34,840 nt of DNA from Octopus bimaculoides (Eukaryota). The DNA lies in contig NC_068996.1 in the NCBI RefSeq assembly GCF_001194135.2, positions 37,139,728 through 37,174,567 of the forward strand, in the 5' to 3' direction. Shown piece by piece: positions 30,657 through 34,840 of the stretch (positions are counted from its first letter, which is position 1; each line of letters opens with the position of its first letter). The position numbers were made by a program, and so were the translations under genes. A model generated the notes under the pieces. That model had not been told where the DNA came from, searched no databases, and was given only the letters and a program-made list of their open reading frames with translations.

Positions 30657-31255
30657 TATATATATACCCACCCACACATACATACATACACATATGTATA
30701 CATAAACATTTCCATACAGACATGTTCCCTGGTACATACGCATTAGTTGCGTTTGGAAAGGAGGACTGGTGCATTGGTTCCTATCGCTGTATTTCCAGCA
30801 AAATGTCCAGATCTAAATATATATATATTTATATCAGTCCTGTTTGTGATGGAGGAATTTATATGAAAAATATTTTGTGAGAATTGTCACAATAATGTCC
30901 AGACTTCTATAAGCCTGCAATGAGTTATTCCGTTATTTTTCTGCTTATGAAGAAGTTCGAATCCTGCTGGTGGTGGGGAGGGGTAATTTTTGCTGTTCAG
31001 TCCTGTATGTATGTGTGTATATATATACTCGTGCCAAATTCATTTGACCGGTTAATGGTTGTCCAACCGTAGCTAAGCCAACACATGCTCTCACAAACAC
31101 ACATATGCGCACCTTCGTTTTGGGTTCACAGCTACTTTATTATCTCCCCTTCTTCCTAGCTCTCCTATCTGACCACCTCTGTCCAACATTCTCCATGTTT
31201 GATCGCTAGCCACTAAACCTTTTTTTATTTTCTCTCCCTGTTTATTTCTGTGTTC

Positions 31256-31291
31256 CTTTCTGTTGAAGAGCATAGGCTTGAAACATAAAAG
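31256..31291 (+). ncRNA. Decayed minimal hammerhead ribozyme-like motif
   Basis: CTTT-CTGTTGA-A-GAGC-atag-GCTT-GAAA-CAT-A-AAAG. Confidence 0.5.
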
Positions 31292-31470
31292 ACTTTTTCA
31301 CTTCCCGAGCATTAAACTAATACATCTGTTTGTTGTCTACACCACCTGTCTTCATCTTTTGTTTTGTTTGTTTTTTTGTAAATTCCAACTATATATATAT
31401 ATATATTTTATATATACATTTTATATATATATATTATATATATTAATATATATATATTATGTATATATAT

Positions 31471-31843
31471 NNNNNNNNNNNNNNNNNNNNNNNNNNNNNN
31501 NNNNNNNNNNNNNNNNNNNNNNNNNNNNNNNNNNNNNNNNNNNNNNNNNNNNNNNNNNNNNNNNNNNNNNNNNNNNNNNNNNNNNNNNNNNNNNNNNNNN
31601 NNNNNNNNNNNNNNNNNNNNNNNNNNNNNNNNNNNNNNNNNNNNNNNNNNNNNNNNNNNNNNNNNNNNNNNNNNNNNNNNNNNNNNNNNNNNNNNNNNNN
31701 NNNNNNNNNNNNNNNNNNNNNNNNNNNNNNNNNNNNNNNNNNNNNNNNNNNNNNNNNNNNNNNNNNNNNNNNNNNNNNNNNNNNNNNNNNNNNNNNNNNN
31801 NNNNNNNNNNNNNNNNNNNNNNNNNNNNNNNNNNNNNNNNNNN
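31471..31843. other. Assembly gap (N run) inside a (TA)n microsatellite
   Basis: N run. Other gaps at 6825-6834, 13046-13055 and 33113-33807. Confidence 0.99.
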
Positions 31844-31877
31844 TATATAGTATATATATTTACATTATATATATATA

Positions 31878-32152
31878 TCATCATCATCATCATCCTCGTT
31901 TAACGTCCACTTTCCATGCTAGCATGGGTTGGACGATTTGACTGAGGACTGGTAAACCAGATGGCTACACCAGGATCCAATCTGATTTGGCAGAGTTTCT
32001 ACAGCTGGATGCCCTTCCTAACGCCAACCACTCCGAGAGTGTAGTGGGTGCTTTTACGTGCCACTGGCACGAAGGCCAGTCAGGAGGTACTGGCAACGGC
32101 CGCACTCAAAATGGTGTATTTTACGTGTCACCTGCACAGGAGCCAATCCAGC
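31878..32152 (-). mobile_element. RTE 3' tail fragment
   Basis: (TCA)n..tttaacgtccactttccatgctagcatggg..gagtgtagtgggtgcttttacgtgccactggcac..cacctgcacaggagcc, colinear with 6180-6420. Confidence 0.85.
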
Positions 32153-32429
32153 GATATATATATTTTATAATATAATATCTGAAAGTTGATGAATACCACC
32201 TATTGATCCCATCCATTTTCTTATTGCTCTATAAATTAATGGTAAAATAACTCTTTACCCTCACCCATTTATTACACTTGGTAATGTAATTGCCATGCAA
32301 TGAAAAAACACTTGTGTAATAATAATTGGGTATTCTACCAGCAGTATATTGGATAATTATTATGCCTTAGTTGGTTGGATTCACAACCTCTAACTTTCTT
32401 GGAATTGTACAAAACAACTTTTGTCTTAC

Positions 32430-32975
32430 TACGTCCCTAAAATATATACCAAGAGTGATAAAAATCAAACATCCAGTCAACATCATGGTGTTTGGAGTGA
32501 TCACTAGTGATGGTGAGGTTATGCCTCCATTCATCTTACCACATGGCCTCAGACTCAAAATGCAGGCCTACATCAAGTGCTTATAGGAGGTAGTGCTACC
32601 CTGGTTCACGAAGGTGGCTGCTGGAAGACCCTATGTCTGGCAACAGGACTGTGCACCACGTCATGCAAGCAGGAGAACCCAGTCATGGCTGTCAGATAAT
32701 TTCTGCGACCAGATCACCCCTAACATCTGGCTACCTAACTCCCCAGACTGCAACCCCTTCGATTATTATGTGTGGGGTACAGTTGAACAAGAGACCAACT
32801 CCTTGTAACATCAAAAATGAACTGAAGGCAAGGATTCACCAACTTAAACAAGGAGGCCATCCAGAAGAGCTGCAGGAGATTCCGAAGTCGTCTGGAGGCC
32901 GTGGTTGAAGGCAATGATGAATAAATTCACTCTTTAGTATTTCAAAATATTTTTATGTAATTTTGGTAAATATAT
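32430..32975 (+). mobile_element. Tc1/mariner remnant of the DD37D (maT/mori) family
   Basis: KHPVNIMVFGVITSDGEVMPP..VWQQDCAPRH..WLPNSPDCNPFDY, with 37 residues between the second and third catalytic Asp. Frameshifted, 5' part missing. Confidence 0.88.
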
Positions 32976-34840
32976 CTGTAGTGAAACTACCTATCGTCAC
33001 TAGATACAAAACTGCTATCGCCATTCTTCTCATTTAAATATAAACAAATGCGAGCGTAGCAGAGAACCCATTCCTTGTCATCACGTGACTGATTAATATT
33101 CGAAGCGGCAACNNNNNNNNNNNNNNNNNNNNNNNNNNNNNNNNNNNNNNNNNNNNNNNNNNNNNNNNNNNNNNNNNNNNNNNNNNNNNNNNNNNNNNNN
33201 NNNNNNNNNNNNNNNNNNNNNNNNNNNNNNNNNNNNNNNNNNNNNNNNNNNNNNNNNNNNNNNNNNNNNNNNNNNNNNNNNNNNNNNNNNNNNNNNNNNN
33301 NNNNNNNNNNNNNNNNNNNNNNNNNNNNNNNNNNNNNNNNNNNNNNNNNNNNNNNNNNNNNNNNNNNNNNNNNNNNNNNNNNNNNNNNNNNNNNNNNNNN
33401 NNNNNNNNNNNNNNNNNNNNNNNNNNNNNNNNNNNNNNNNNNNNNNNNNNNNNNNNNNNNNNNNNNNNNNNNNNNNNNNNNNNNNNNNNNNNNNNNNNNN
33501 NNNNNNNNNNNNNNNNNNNNNNNNNNNNNNNNNNNNNNNNNNNNNNNNNNNNNNNNNNNNNNNNNNNNNNNNNNNNNNNNNNNNNNNNNNNNNNNNNNNN
33601 NNNNNNNNNNNNNNNNNNNNNNNNNNNNNNNNNNNNNNNNNNNNNNNNNNNNNNNNNNNNNNNNNNNNNNNNNNNNNNNNNNNNNNNNNNNNNNNNNNNN
33701 NNNNNNNNNNNNNNNNNNNNNNNNNNNNNNNNNNNNNNNNNNNNNNNNNNNNNNNNNNNNNNNNNNNNNNNNNNNNNNNNNNNNNNNNNNNNNNNNNNNN
33801 NNNNNNNGGCATCGATGCCACAACATCACAACTAGTGATCAGCTCTGCCACACACAGCCTCCCCTCCTTTCACATACAGACTCATACTAATGTGTACCTA
33901 AGAACTGGTATAAAATGCTCACGTGTTATTGACTCTCTTTCCATCTGCTGTAATAACTCACATACACATACATGTATCACTCACATACATACTTTTCTTT
34001 GTACGATGGCCTGTCTTTGATTATGTTCTTATATGTCGCATTCACACTCTCACACAGACATACACTTTTATGCCACAATAAATATTTCTGTTATTCATCT
34101 TATACGGTTGTGGTCTTTCATTACTGGTCATCTATGTTATCGTCGTATAACATATATTGTATATCATCATTGATATATATATATTTTTGTGTTCGACCGT
34201 GTGACACGTTTAAATAAAAGGAGTCCTCTGTTTTTCCATACGTCACCAATTCTCCTTTTTGAGTTCGCACGGTCGTCCTTACATATCTGTTAAAATGAGA
34301 TGTCAGTGTTATTTTCATTTTTGTGTAACTTAGATGACAAAATATTCACCACACCCTGTATACACAATCACATACACACACACACATACACATATGTGTG
34401 TGTATAAAGGTATGTGTTTGTGTGCATGTCCAATGATATTTAATACACCTGTGTGTATTAAATATAGAATGACCTTTTGAATGACTCAAATATAGAATGA
34501 CCTTTTGATGCAGAAATAGTCTAAAAAAAAATTTCTTTTAAACTGTATGCATGACAATACATTGGGCTATGAATGACATCGTCAGATTGTCATGTGTACA
34601 TACATACATACATACATTATTTGGAACAATTTTATTCAGTTTCCATGCTACTTCAAGTTTCACAAATCCCTAGCAGAGCCTGAAGGAGATGGACTTCTGT
34701 CAGAGGCCTGTGAAATTTGAAGTACCACAGAAACCAAATTAAACTGTTTAAAATAATACATGTAACTCCTTCTAAATGTATTGAGTGCCCATTTTTTTTG
34801 TTTGTTTATCCACTCACTCATATATATATATATATATATA

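Noticed and set aside
31263-33851. Long ORFs of 160-280 aa in the track
   Set aside because: They are open only because they run through N gaps.
34460-34508. 21-bp direct repeat AAATATAGAATGACCTTTTGA separated by 7 bp
   Set aside because: An ordinary local slippage duplication with no associated structure.

Overview
AT-rich, repeat-dense eukaryotic genomic DNA. It is almost certainly from an octopus or another cephalopod; this is inferred from recalled SINE/RTE repeat families and was not checked by a database search. One protein-coding gene is supported: a minus-strand multi-exon C2H2 zinc-finger gene with phase-compatible exons at 21101-20921, 19230-18425 and 12331-11334 (9 fingers, about 643 aa from the first in-frame ATG; true 5' end not resolved). 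The rest is mostly mobile DNA: a 5'-truncated, decayed RTE LINE (6169-9680) with many RTE 3' tails, two tRNA-headed SINE families, Tc1, mariner (DD34D) and maT (DD37D) remnants, several MITE families, a probable Gypsy solo-LTR with its PBS, and Penelope-like remnants. There are four assembly gaps. No prokaryotic-type system (CRISPR, operon) is present. The most unusual signals are: (i) three decayed minimal hammerhead-ribozyme motifs in a shared non-coding repeat; (ii) a PHD-type C4HC3 finger inside the RTE reverse transcriptase; (iii) repeated fold-back hairpins at the 5' junctions of truncated retroposons; (iv) a 98-bp MITE with a TTAGGG-like core and a telomere-repeat patch replacing part of an RTE tail; (v) a three-layer nested insertion and a 2.7-kb head-to-tail SINE chain in a ZNF intron. 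None of these is proven novel without database searches.
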